The notes under the pieces: generated by a model
What the model saw: the letters and a program-made list of their open reading frames with translations, nothing else
Database searches by the model: none
What the model was told of the DNA's origin: nothing
From: an uncultured Syntrophomonadaceae bacterium
Lineage (GTDB): Bacteria; Bacillota; Dethiobacteria; DTU022
Length of the DNA: 64,000 bases
Reading direction: 5' to 3'
NCBI GenBank assembly: GCA_964389365.1
Contig: CAYMDO010000009.1
Span: 3,576-67,575 of the forward strand
Position numbers and translations under genes: made by a program
Shown: positions 38,949 through 48,994 of the stretch, one piece after another
How the letters are laid out: the number at the start of each line of letters is the position of its first letter
How positions within the stretch are numbered: position 1 is the first letter of the stretch

Positions 38949-40379
38949 TTAAGATTCGGTAACATTTGTAGCGCTAATCAGGGGCAGTGCAAACATAAAG
39001 CTACTCCCGGCACCTCCTTCACTTTCAACCCAGACTCTGCCGCCGTGCTTGGCTATAATCTCACTGACTATAGCCAGCCCCAGGCCGGTCCCGCCGCCTT
39101 CCCGGGTTCTGGCTCTGTCAACCCTGAAGAACCTTTCGAAGATATAGCTTAAATCTTCTTCCGGTATTCCACATCCGGTATCTGTAATTGAGGTTACAGC
39201 TTCATTTTCGATCTGCTCAAGCGAAACAGTAACCGTTCCCCCGGGCGGTGTATAATTCAGGGCATTATCAAGCAGGTTCTTGATCACCTGGCGCAGCTGC
39301 AGTTGGGTTCCGCTGACTATCAGCTCTTCAGCCGGCAAGTCAGCCAGCAGATCCAGACCGGCCTGGGCAAAACGGTATTGATTTTCGCCGATCACTTCCT
39401 GCAGGAAATCGCCTAGGTCTAAATACTGGTGCTCAATATTGTTTTTCTCCAGCTTCGAAAGTTCAAGCAAGTCATTTACCAGGGCAATCAGCCGATCCAG
39501 CTCGCCATCAAGATCTGCAGTAAACTCTTTGCGCTGCCCGGGTTCCATTTCGTGCTCTTTCAGGGCTTTGGTAAGAAGGCTCATCGTTGCCAGGGGGGTT
39601 TTGACCTCATGGGCAACATCGGCGGCAAATTTTTTAAGATTGCCGGTATAATAATTTAGCTTGCGGGCCATTACATTAAACTGCTCTGCCAGGCGGCCTA
39701 TTTCATCCCCGGAATATACCCCGATCTGTTGTTCCAGTTTTCCCTCAGCCATTTTCTTAACCGCCTGGGTCAACTCCTCCAGAGGCCCGGTAAACCGGCG
39801 GGCCAAAATGATCGATCCTCCCCCGACAATAGCCATCGCCAACAGGGTGGCTAAAAACAGGTACCTGCGAATATCATAGAGCGTGCGATAAATTTCTTCG
39901 AGCGATGCTGAAAGAAAGACAGCCCCGACCAGGTTACCATCAGCATCTTTAACCGGCACTGCCAGCTGTAGGATATCGTGGTTGACTGTTTCACTGTAGG
40001 CAATGCTGTGGCTTGCTTCTCCACCGAGTGTTTTGTGCAGGTCTTCTTGATCCAGGACCTGGTTCAGCATCCCCCCTACCCGCAGCGAATCCCCCACAAC
40101 GATTCCCTGGCTGTCTGTAAAAATAACCCTGGCCTGTGACTGGCGGCTCATATTCTCTGCCAGTGCGCTCAGGCGCACTGAATCAACCTGGCCGCGTATT
40201 TGCCCAACAACAAAATCAGCGGCAAGATAAGCAGAGCGTTCGAGGGTAACCGTAAAATTTTTCATATGATAGCGTTCGAGAGTACTGTAAAGAAAAACAC
40301 TGATGATAATCATTACCGCCAGGATAATAATCAGAAAGTAAGCAGTCAGGCGAAACCGAATGCCGTAAAACCGGGCCAT
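38949..40379 (-). CDS. sensor histidine kinase (2 TM, HAMP, HisKA, HATPase_c)
   Basis: H-box AADVAHEVKTPL, N/G1/G2 boxes (LLDNALNYT, DTGCGIP, GGTGLGLAIV). Confidence 0.85.
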   Translation of the reverse strand: MARFYGIRFRLTAYFLIIILAVMIIISVFLYSTLERYHMKNFTVTLERSAYLAADFVVGQIRGQVDSVRLSALAENMSRQSQARVIFTDSQGIVVGDSLRVGGMLNQVLDQEDLHKTLGGEASHSIAYSETVNHDILQLAVPVKDADGNLVGAVFLSASLEEIYRTLYDIRRYLFLATLLAMAIVGGGSIILARRFTGPLEELTQAVKKMAEGKLEQQIGVYSGDEIGRLAEQFNVMARKLNYYTGNLKKFAADVAHEVKTPLATMSLLTKALKEHEMEPGQRKEFTADLDGELDRLIALVNDLLELSKLEKNNIEHQYLDLGDFLQEVIGENQYRFAQAGLDLLADLPAEELIVSGTQLQLRQVIKNLLDNALNYTPPGGTVTVSLEQIENEAVTSITDTGCGIPEEDLSYIFERFFRVDRARTREGGGTGLGLAIVSEIIAKHGGRVWVESEGGAGSSFMFALPLISATNVTES

Positions 40380-41071
40380 TAACTTTCCTCCCTGATCTTA
40401 TAACCCGTACCCCAGACGGTTAGGATCAGGTTCGGATTGCCTGGATCCTGTTCCAGTTTTTCCCGCAAATGCCTGATGTGGACATCCACCGTCCGGACAT
40501 CGCCATAATAATCATAACCCCAGACCTGCTCTAACAGCTGTTCACGGGAGTAAACATTACCCGCGTTGGCCACCAGGAAACTTAATAAGGCAAACTCTTT
40601 TGAGGTGAGGCTGATCTCCCTGCCGTCGAGGCGCACGCGGTGTTGCAGCAAATCCACGTGAAGGCTGCCGATCTGGGCAGTCTTTTTTATTTCTTCTTCG
40701 CGGAAAAGGCTTCGCCTGAGGATCGCCTTTATTCTTGCCACCAGCTCCCGTGAGTTAAAGGGCTTCGTCAGGTAATCGTCGGCGCCCAATTCCAGGCCAA
40801 GCACTTTATCTATATCTTCGCCACGTGCTGTCAGCATAATGATCGGCACATCGGTTTTTTTCCGGATCCGGCGGCAGACTTCAAACCCGTCAACCAGAGG
40901 CAGCATTAAGTCCAGCACCACTATATCCGGCTTCAGGCCAAAAACTTTATTGAGCGCCTCTTCACCATCATAAGCCTGTTCAACCCTAAAACCTTCCTTT
41001 TCAAGATTAAAAGCCAGAGCTTTAACCAGGGTTTTTTCATCGTCAACCACCAAAACCAGCTCATTGCTCAT
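40379..41071 (-). CDS. OmpR/PhoB-family response regulator
   Basis: Receiver domain (DDE, LDLMLP, K) plus winged-helix trans_reg_C. Start overlaps the HK gene. Confidence 0.9.
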   Translation of the reverse strand: MSNELVLVVDDEKTLVKALAFNLEKEGFRVEQAYDGEEALNKVFGLKPDIVVLDLMLPLVDGFEVCRRIRKKTDVPIIMLTARGEDIDKVLGLELGADDYLTKPFNSRELVARIKAILRRSLFREEEIKKTAQIGSLHVDLLQHRVRLDGREISLTSKEFALLSFLVANAGNVYSREQLLEQVWGYDYYGDVRTVDVHIRHLREKLEQDPGNPNLILTVWGTGYKIREES

Positions 41072-41089
41072 CAGCCAACGCCTCCCTGA

Positions 41090-41737
41090 TTATGCCGGAT
41101 GGTAATATCTCATGATCTCCTTAAAATCAGCCCATACATCTTTCTTTTTGCCCGGATCGCGCAGGAGAGCCGCCGGATGAAAGGTGGCAATCATACGCCT
41201 GCCATCTACCTGGTGCCATTGTCCCCTGCTGCGGGTAATTGTCGCTTTACTGTCAAGCAGGGTTCTCAAAGCGAGGGCCCCCAGGCAGACAATAATTTCC
41301 GGGTTAATCAGTTCTACCTGTTTGCGCAAGTAAGGCAGGCATGAATACACTTCCTGCTGCATCGGCTGGCGGTTTCCGGGAGGGCGGCATTTAACTACAT
41401 TTGCGATGTAGAGATCGCGGCGACTGATAGAAGCCGCATCAAGGATCCGGTCAAGCAGTTGGCCGGCTTTCCCCACGAAGGGGATACCGATCCTGTCTTC
41501 ATCTGCGCCCGGACCTTCGCCAATAAGCATCAGGCGGGCTTTCGGGTTTCCGTCACCGAAGACAACCCGGCTGCAGCCGTTGCGCAAAACACAGCGGTTG
41601 CAAGCCAGGCAATCAGCTTTTAACTGATCCAGCAAAACATCCGGTCCGAGCTCACGGCCCCCCTGTGTTTTCTGCCCGCCCCCTGCCGCATTCGCCAGGT
41701 CGAAGATCGTTTGCTGTCGGTCAGTAATCTCAATCAC
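41090..41737 (-). CDS. family 4 uracil-DNA glycosylase (4Fe-4S)
   Basis: [24 protein letters not shown] motifs and a Cys cluster. Confidence 0.8.
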   Translation of the reverse strand: MIEITDRQQTIFDLANAAGGGQKTQGGRELGPDVLLDQLKADCLACNRCVLRNGCSRVVFGDGNPKARLMLIGEGPGADEDRIGIPFVGKAGQLLDRILDAASISRRDLYIANVVKCRPPGNRQPMQQEVYSCLPYLRKQVELINPEIIVCLGALALRTLLDSKATITRSRGQWHQVDGRRMIATFHPAALLRDPGKKKDVWADFKEIMRYYHPA

Positions 41738-41874
41738 CTGCGCAGTAATCGCTTATCGGATGCTGCCTTTCCGGCAGCCATTCTAACAATGGTTTCAACG
41801 TAAACAAGGAATTTTCCTGCCCTGGCTGGCCCTGATGCCGGAGTGGGAGTTTGGCAATAATTTGAATCAACCGA

Positions 41875-43008
41875 TCACTCGGGTGGAGCAAACAACAGCA
41901 GCTGTCGGTTTTGATGCCGCTCCACTGCCAGGGCCAGGAGCCGGTCAACGAGGTCCCTGTATATTAAACCGCTTGCTTCAAACATTTTCGGGTACATGCT
42001 GATACTTGTAAAACCCGGAAGCGTATTGATTTCATTTAATATTACGCTCAGGTCGCTTCTCCGGATGAAAAAGTCAACCCGGGCAAGGCCGGAGGCCTCA
42101 ACTGCCTGAAAAGCGCGCACCGCGTAATCCTTAATCCGGTTTTCAAGCTCCGGGCCGAGTTCTACGGGCACTACCAGGCCGGACCGATCATCTATATATT
42201 TTGCCCGGTAATCATAGAAATCGTTACAGGGTATAACTTCCCCGGGCCTTGAAGCGATTGCTGCATTATTGCCGATAACACCGCACTCAATTTCACGGCC
42301 ATTAACGTATTGTTCAATGAGCAGTTTGTGGTCATAAAGCAGGGCCTCCCCTACAGCTGCATTCAGTTCTTCAGGGCTGAATGCCTTTGATATACCGACA
42401 CTCGACCCCAGGTTTGAAGGTTTAACAAACGCCGGATAACCGAGTTCTTCCCGGACCCGGTCAAGCCACCTATCCTGCCCGCTCAGCCACTGTTCCCTGT
42501 ACATAACCAGATAAGGCGTTACGGGAAGCCCTGCTTCCCGGAAAAGAACTTTCATCACCGCCTTATCCATGCCGGTGCTGGAAGCAAGCACACCTGAACC
42601 GACATAGGGCAATCCGGCCATTTCGAATAGTCCCTGGATTGTCCCGTCTTCGCCAAAAGTACCGTGCAAAACCGGGAAAGCCAGATCAATCGCTTCAAAA
42701 CTCCAGGAATCCGACATTCCCGGATTTTTTACCAGAAGCCCGGGCGCTGTTGGATCGGTCACAAAGACAACCGGACCGGCTTTTTCAGGCCGGCGATTTT
42801 CCCACAGTGACAACCAGGCATCAGGGCCGGTTAACCACGAACCATCCCTGGTTATGCCGACCGGTACAATTTCATATTTGTCCTGATCGATGGCTCCCAT
42901 AATTGAGGAAGCCGAACGCAGGGACACAACATGCTCCCCGGAGCGCCCCCCGAAAATCACCGCAACCCTTTTCCTGTTCGTCACATAATCAACTCCGTGC
43001 ACAGGCAA
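41875..43008 (-). CDS. ddl: D-alanine--D-alanine ligase
   Basis: VIFGGRSGEHVVSL, FPVLHGTFGEDGTIQG, ATP-grasp C-terminal domain. Start could alternatively be GTG at ~42981. Confidence 0.85.
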   Translation of the reverse strand: MPVHGVDYVTNRKRVAVIFGGRSGEHVVSLRSASSIMGAIDQDKYEIVPVGITRDGSWLTGPDAWLSLWENRRPEKAGPVVFVTDPTAPGLLVKNPGMSDSWSFEAIDLAFPVLHGTFGEDGTIQGLFEMAGLPYVGSGVLASSTGMDKAVMKVLFREAGLPVTPYLVMYREQWLSGQDRWLDRVREELGYPAFVKPSNLGSSVGISKAFSPEELNAAVGEALLYDHKLLIEQYVNGREIECGVIGNNAAIASRPGEVIPCNDFYDYRAKYIDDRSGLVVPVELGPELENRIKDYAVRAFQAVEASGLARVDFFIRRSDLSVILNEINTLPGFTSISMYPKMFEASGLIYRDLVDRLLALAVERHQNRQLLLFAPPE

Positions 43009-43159
43009 AATATGATCTAGCGGATTTCTACAGATTATAGCATACTAAAACTAAAAGGATAACATAACGTTATTATTTATGTTCTTGCCGGCATTGCTTT
43101 ATAGTATAATCAGCATCAGCGCCTAGATCATCATTTCAGAAAGCGAGGTATTTCCCTGT

Positions 43160-44383
43160 ATGCGACCGGCAGCAGTCATTCTTGGAGCAAACTTCTATAC
43201 CGCCCTCGGAGCAATCCGCAGCCTCGGCCGGAGAGGAGTAGAGGTTTATGCCTTAGACTATCATTTTCCAACCGCATATGCATTGGCATCCCGTTACGTT
43301 AAAAAGAAGGTCCGCTGTCCCGATGTCAACCAGGACGAGCAGGGATTGGTTGATTTCCTGATCGAATTCGGCCGCGGTTTCCAGGATAAACCGGTATTAA
43401 TGGCAACCGGCGACAGCTACGCTCTTATGGTTTCCAGGAATGCCGGCCTGCTGGCAGAATATTATCTCTTCCCGGCCCTGCCGGAAGGGCTGCTTGAGCA
43501 GATCATCGATAAGAAAGGTTTACACGATCTGGCTGAAAAACACCGCCTGCAGGTACCTAAAACCTGTATTGTCGGCCCTCAGACCAACGCGGATGAGGTA
43601 GCCGAAAACATGCCCTACCCCTGTATCATTAAACCCGCGTTATCCCACAAGTTTGTCAAAGTATTCAGGAAGAAATGCCTCTTTGCAACCAACCGCAAAG
43701 AGCTCTTGGCTGCCCTCAGCACTGCGCTTGAGAGCAAACTGGAAGTGATGGTACAGGAGGTGATACCCGGTTTTGACGACCAGATGTATGTATATGATAT
43801 TTATGTGAACAAAGAGGGAAGGGCCACGCACAGCCTGACCGCCCAAAAACTGCGCCAGTTTCCGATCAATTTCGGTTCTTCAACTCTGACCCACCATTTG
43901 CACGATGAAAAACTGGCAGCCATCGGCCTCGATTATATGAAACGTTTAAATTACAGGGGCTATGGTGAAATAGAGTTCAAGAAACACCCGCAAACAGGCA
44001 ATTTTTATTTAATTGAAATTAACGCGCGGCTCAGCACATTAAATATTCTCTTTGACAAATGCGGAGTTGAGTTTACATATGCCATGTACTGCGATCTGAT
44101 CAGGGAACCGATCCCTGATTATCATTTAACTGAAGATCAACCCTGGGTCTTTTGGCATGCCTATGAAGATCTGATCAGCGTGATATCCTATATAAAAACA
44201 GGGCAACTTACCTTTTTCCAGGTTATCCGCCCCTGGTTATCGCACCACAAAGCGCATGCGATCATGGCCATTGACGACCCGCTGCCTCTTTTTGCCTTTG
44301 CCCGTGTAATCATAAGCAAAGCAACCGCCAAGATCCGGCGGACTGTTGTCGGCAGAAACTGGGGCCGATTGCCCGGTTTTTGA
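43160..44383 (+). CDS. ATP-grasp domain protein of unknown specificity (predicted carboxylate-amine ligase, COG3919-like)
   Basis: 407 aa. PYPCIIKP, EVIPG, YLIEINAR ATP-grasp signatures. Divergent from ddl. Confidence 0.55.
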   Translation: MRPAAVILGANFYTALGAIRSLGRRGVEVYALDYHFPTAYALASRYVKKKVRCPDVNQDEQGLVDFLIEFGRGFQDKPVLMATGDSYALMVSRNAGLLAEYYLFPALPEGLLEQIIDKKGLHDLAEKHRLQVPKTCIVGPQTNADEVAENMPYPCIIKPALSHKFVKVFRKKCLFATNRKELLAALSTALESKLEVMVQEVIPGFDDQMYVYDIYVNKEGRATHSLTAQKLRQFPINFGSSTLTHHLHDEKLAAIGLDYMKRLNYRGYGEIEFKKHPQTGNFYLIEINARLSTLNILFDKCGVEFTYAMYCDLIREPIPDYHLTEDQPWVFWHAYEDLISVISYIKTGQLTFFQVIRPWLSHHKAHAIMAIDDPLPLFAFARVIISKATAKIRRTVVGRNWGRLPGF

Positions 44384-44450
44384 ATCGGGTAGGAGGCTGG
44401 CCCTTAGATGATTGGCAACCATCTCCCGTTTTTTATTATATCCCGGTTTT

Positions 44451-46538
44451 TTAGCTTTCTTCGACTTTGGCAGCCTTGGCTGCAGCAATCACCTGCTCGG
44501 CCACCTGATGAGGCACTTCTTCGTAATGTGAAAAAGCCATGCTGAAGAAGCCCCTTCCCTGGGTCATTGAGCGCAAATCGATCGAGTATTTAAACATCTC
44601 TGCCAGCGGCACCTGGGCCCTGATTTTCTGCAGGCCGGCATCGGGTTCCATCCCCTGGATTCGGCCCCGTTTACTGTTCAGATCGCCCATAATATCGCCC
44701 ATATAAGATTCCGGCACAACAACTTCAACATTTAAGATCGGCTCGAGCAGAACCGGGTTAGCCTGCTCCATGCCTTTTTTAAAAGCTTGCCCGGCAGCAA
44801 TTTTAAAAGCCATTTCTGAGGAATCAACAGTGTGATAGGAGCCGTCAACCAGCTTGACCACAACATCGACAACTGGGTATCCGGCAACAACGCCTTCATC
44901 CATCGCCTCGCGCACACCCTTTTCTACAGCAGGGATATACTGCCTGGGTACAGCGCCGCCAAATATTTTATCTTCGAATACCAAGCCCAGGCCGGTCTCG
45001 GCCGGTTCCATTTCAATGAAGACATGACCGAACTGCCCCCGCCCGCCGGATTGTTTTTTATGTTTACCCTCAACCCTGGATTGGCCTTTAATCGTTTCCT
45101 TGTAAGGGACTTTCGGGGTGGTAAAGTCAACTTCGACTCCGAATTTCTGGGCCAGCCGACTGACTATAATCTCTAGGTGCAACTCGCCAAGTCCGGAGAT
45201 CACAGTTTGCTTGGTTTCAGCCTTGCGTTCTAGGCGGAAGGTAGGATCTTCTTCCAGGAAACGTGAAAGCCCGCTCATCACCTTATCTTCGTCACCCTTG
45301 GTTTTCGGCACAACCGCAAAAGAGATTACCGGCTCGGGAAAAGCTAATGGCGGAAAAACGATCGGCTTACTGCGATCACACAGGGTATCGCCGGTAGCAG
45401 TTTCCTGCAGTTTGGCAACACAGGCTATATCGCCGGTCACCACCTCTTCCATGGTAATCTGGTTTTTGCCGCGCATTGAAAATACCTGGCCGAAACGCTC
45501 GGCGGTATCTTTGGTTGAGTTGTAAATCTGGCTGTCCGGCTTCACTGTTCCTGAGTAGACCCTGAAATAGTTGATCCTTCCCACGTAAGGGTCGGCCAGG
45601 GTTTTAAATACGAATGCGGATAGGGGCTCTTCCGGGCTTGGTCTACGGCTGGCTTCTTCTCCGTTTCCCGGAAGGTGCCCTTTCAGCTCCTGCTGGTCCA
45701 GAGGAGAAGGCAGGTACTTTTTAATCAGGTTCAGCAAAGGTTGTGCCCCAAAATTTTTCGTAGAGGCAGCACAAAGAACCGGTACTATTTTGCCGTTCAG
45801 GACGCCCTGCCTCAGGCCGCGGTTAACCTCGTCATCACTCAATGTTTCGCCTTCCAGGTATTTCTCCAACAGGCTGTCGTCTGCCTCGGCAACCGACTCG
45901 ACCAGTTTTTCCCTTAAAGATAACGCCTGTTCGCTCAAGTCAGCCGGAATCTCCTCTTCGGTAACTTTCATCCCGTCACCGGAGAAGATCAGCGCTTTCT
46001 GCTTAATCAGGTCGACGACACCTTTAAAATTTGATTCCTTTCCAATCGGCATCTGCAGCGGCGCCACATTCAGGCCAAAATGGGTTCGAAGTTGTTCAAG
46101 GGTTTTATCAAAGTCGGCATTTTCACGATCAAGCTTATTGATAACCACCAGGCGGGGCAGCTTAAAGTCATTGGCATAACTCCATACCTTTTCAGTCCCA
46201 ACCTCTACACCGGATACTGCACAAACTACAGTGATCACGCTATCTGCAACCCGCAAGGCCCCCAGGACATCACCGATAAAATCAAAGTAACCGGGGGTAT
46301 CAAGCAGATTGACTTTGATGCCGTCCCACTCCAGGGGAGCGAGGCCGACGTTGATCGTGACCTGTTTCTTGATTTCGTCGGGATCAAAATCGGTAGTAGT
46401 GTTGCCTGCTTCGATCTTGCCCTGCCGGTTAACCGCCCCTGAGGAAAAAAGCAGCGCTTCTGTAAGTGAAGTCTTGCCGGCACCGCCGTGAGAGATTAAT
46501 GCCACATTGCGAATATTTTCGCTGCTGTACTTCTTCAT
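44451..46538 (-). CDS. elongation factor G paralog (EF-G2-like translational GTPase)
   Basis: G1-G4 motifs (SHGGAGKTS, DTPGY, NKLD), domains II-V. 695 aa. Confidence 0.85.
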   Translation of the reverse strand: MKKYSSENIRNVALISHGGAGKTSLTEALLFSSGAVNRQGKIEAGNTTTDFDPDEIKKQVTINVGLAPLEWDGIKVNLLDTPGYFDFIGDVLGALRVADSVITVVCAVSGVEVGTEKVWSYANDFKLPRLVVINKLDRENADFDKTLEQLRTHFGLNVAPLQMPIGKESNFKGVVDLIKQKALIFSGDGMKVTEEEIPADLSEQALSLREKLVESVAEADDSLLEKYLEGETLSDDEVNRGLRQGVLNGKIVPVLCAASTKNFGAQPLLNLIKKYLPSPLDQQELKGHLPGNGEEASRRPSPEEPLSAFVFKTLADPYVGRINYFRVYSGTVKPDSQIYNSTKDTAERFGQVFSMRGKNQITMEEVVTGDIACVAKLQETATGDTLCDRSKPIVFPPLAFPEPVISFAVVPKTKGDEDKVMSGLSRFLEEDPTFRLERKAETKQTVISGLGELHLEIIVSRLAQKFGVEVDFTTPKVPYKETIKGQSRVEGKHKKQSGGRGQFGHVFIEMEPAETGLGLVFEDKIFGGAVPRQYIPAVEKGVREAMDEGVVAGYPVVDVVVKLVDGSYHTVDSSEMAFKIAAGQAFKKGMEQANPVLLEPILNVEVVVPESYMGDIMGDLNSKRGRIQGMEPDAGLQKIRAQVPLAEMFKYSIDLRSMTQGRGFFSMAFSHYEEVPHQVAEQVIAAAKAAKVEES

Positions 46539-46647
46539 GCATCTGCCTCCTTAACTTACCCGACCGCGAAACAGTACCGGGTTGCCTATTAATAACCGCT
46601 AACACCCTATCATTATCGCCTAAAAAAAGCAAATGAACAACAACCTT

Positions 46648-47148
46648 TTAACCCAGGCGCGCTTTCACATATTCAACCAGGCCTCCGCAGGCTATCAATT
46701 CCCGCATGAACGGGGGAAAGGGCGCTGACTGGTAAACATCGCCATTCTGCAGGTTTGTGATCAGCCCCAGTTCCAGGTCCACTTTCAGGCGATCCCGGCC
46801 TGTTTTTAATGCGGTAAGATCGGCATCACACTCAAGGATCGGCAGCCCGATATTAATCGCATTGCGGTAAAAAATGCGGGCAAAGCTGCGGGCCACCACA
46901 CAGGAAATTCCGGCCCCCCTGATTGCCAGCGGTGCATGTTCGCGAGAGCTGCCGCAGCCGAAGTTGCTGCCGGCAACGATCAGATCGCCCGCCCTGACCA
47001 GCTGCGGAAACTCCGGCCAAATATCCTCCATCAGGTGCCCGGCCAGATCTTCCGGCACCGCAGTGTTGAGGTAACGGGCAGCGATGATCGCGTCAGTATC
47101 TATATTGTCGCCAAAAATCCAAACTCTGCCTTGTATGGTCATCAACAT
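46648..47148 (-). CDS. leuD: 3-isopropylmalate dehydratase small subunit
   Basis: LeuD/aconitase swivel-domain motifs (GDNIDTD, GSNFGCGSSREHA). ATG at 47148 after GGAGGAGG. Confidence 0.85.
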   Translation of the reverse strand: MLMTIQGRVWIFGDNIDTDAIIAARYLNTAVPEDLAGHLMEDIWPEFPQLVRAGDLIVAGSNFGCGSSREHAPLAIRGAGISCVVARSFARIFYRNAINIGLPILECDADLTALKTGRDRLKVDLELGLITNLQNGDVYQSAPFPPFMRELIACGGLVEYVKARLG

Positions 47149-48392
47149 ACCTCCTCCGGGTGGACTATCCTGCCGGCGACGGCCGAAGCAGCAGCTACTG
47201 CCGGGTTGCAAAGATAAACTTCGCTCCCCGGATGCCCCATTCTCCCTACAAAATTGCGGTTGGTCGTCGAGAGGGCCTTTTCGCCTCTAGCCAGAATCCC
47301 CATATGGCCCCCAAGGCAGGGGCCGCAAGTAGGGGTGCTAACTGCAGCCTCGGCATCAACAAATATTTTCAGCAGCCCTTCCTCAAGGGCTGTGCTGAAA
47401 ATATTTTGCGTGGCAGGAATCACCAGCAGCCTGACTTTTGAATTAACCTTTTTTCCTTTCAGGACTGAAGCTGCTGCCCTTAAATCTTCAATACGTCCAT
47501 TGGTGCATGAACCGATAACCACCTGATCCAAATAGATATTTTTTGCCTCAGAGACCGGAAACACATTATCAGGCGAAGGAGGGAAAGCAACCTGCGGTTC
47601 CAGGCCGGAGACATCATAGCTGAAGACTTTTTCATAAGCCGCGTCGGAATCACTGTATACCGGAACGTAGGGACGGTCAACCCTGTTTTTCAGATAGTCA
47701 AAAGTGATCCGGTCGGGCTGAACATAACCACACTTTCCGCCGGCTTCGATCGCCATATTGGCCATAGTCAGCCTGCTGTCCATCGATAAGCCGTCGATTA
47801 CGGGGCCGGCAAATTCCATCGCCCGGTAGCGTGCACCTTCAACCCCGATCTGGCCGATTGTAAATAGGATCAGGTCTTTTCCGCTAACCCATGGAGCGAG
47901 CTTCCCGGAAAACTCAAAACGCATGGTCGCCGGTACTTTAAACCAGGTTTCGCCGATTGCCATTGCCGCTGCCAGGTCAGTACTGCCGACACCGGTGGCA
48001 AAGGCACCGAGCGCCCCGTACGTACAGGTATGTGAATCGGCTCCGATAATCACCGCACCGGGCCAGACCAGCCCCTTTTCGGGGAGCAGGGCGTGCTCGA
48101 TGCCCATTCTTCCAACATCGTAGAAATGCCTGATCCCATGCTGATCGGCAAAACGGCGGATAATCCGGACCTGTTCTGCAGAGGCAATATCTTTACTCGG
48201 GGTAAAATGATCGGGTACCAGGACTATCAATTCAGGGTCAAAAACCTGATCAAGCCCGAAACGCTCGAACTCCCTGATTGCCACCGGAGCTGTTACATCA
48301 TTGCCTAAGGCCAGATCAACCTTAACCATGACCAGATCGCCAGGCGTTACCTTCTCCCGGCCGGCTTTCGCCGCCAGGATCTTCTCCACCAT
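47142..48392 (-). CDS. leuC: 3-isopropylmalate dehydratase large subunit (short archaeal/HACN-type)
   Basis: Aconitase-family Cys ligands (GADSHTC, GSCTNGR, CGPCLG). Start MVEKIL. Confidence 0.85.
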   Translation of the reverse strand: MVEKILAAKAGREKVTPGDLVMVKVDLALGNDVTAPVAIREFERFGLDQVFDPELIVLVPDHFTPSKDIASAEQVRIIRRFADQHGIRHFYDVGRMGIEHALLPEKGLVWPGAVIIGADSHTCTYGALGAFATGVGSTDLAAAMAIGETWFKVPATMRFEFSGKLAPWVSGKDLILFTIGQIGVEGARYRAMEFAGPVIDGLSMDSRLTMANMAIEAGGKCGYVQPDRITFDYLKNRVDRPYVPVYSDSDAAYEKVFSYDVSGLEPQVAFPPSPDNVFPVSEAKNIYLDQVVIGSCTNGRIEDLRAAASVLKGKKVNSKVRLLVIPATQNIFSTALEEGLLKIFVDAEAAVSTPTCGPCLGGHMGILARGEKALSTTNRNFVGRMGHPGSEVYLCNPAVAAASAVAGRIVHPEEVC

Positions 48393-48499
48393 TGTTGAAC
48401 CGTATTGCCGGGCCTGTACTGTGTTCATATGCTTTCCTCTTTCTGTAAGTAGCTAGATCATTCCAAGATACAAAAACTGTGTAAACCTGATTGAAATAA

Positions 48500-48994
48500 T
48501 TACGCTTCCCGGGTTGTTTTCGCTCCCCGTAGCAAAGCAACTTTGCCTGTGCGAACAATCTCCCTGATCCCAAAGTGGTCAAGCATCATTTTTATTGCCT
48601 CCAGCTTGTCTTCGGTTCCGGTTACCTCAATAATCATTGAGTCGGGCGAGACATCAACCACCTTGCCCCTGAAAGTCTCAACAATTTGCTGGATATCGCT
48701 GCGATTTCCGGTCTCGGCCCTGACCTTGATCAACATCAGTTCCCGCATAACCGATGGTTCTTTTGACAGATTGCTGACTTTCAGCACGTTGATCAGCTTA
48801 TGCAGCTGTTTCATCACCTGTTCAATAACCGGATCGTTGCCCTCAACTGTGATTGTCATGCGGGCCACGCCGGGTGTGACTGTTTCCCCGACAGCAATGT
48901 TCTCAATATTAAACCCGCGCCTGCTGAACAAACCAGATATCCTTGTCAGGGCGCCGGCTTTATTTTCTACAAGTATGGCCAGAACATGTTTCAT
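48500..48994 (-). CDS. ilvN: acetolactate synthase small (regulatory) subunit
   Basis: ACT domain (HVLAILVENKAGALTRISGLFSRRGFNIE). Confidence 0.85.
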   Translation of the reverse strand: MKHVLAILVENKAGALTRISGLFSRRGFNIENIAVGETVTPGVARMTITVEGNDPVIEQVMKQLHKLINVLKVSNLSKEPSVMRELMLIKVRAETGNRSDIQQIVETFRGKVVDVSPDSMIIEVTGTEDKLEAIKMMLDHFGIREIVRTGKVALLRGAKTTREA

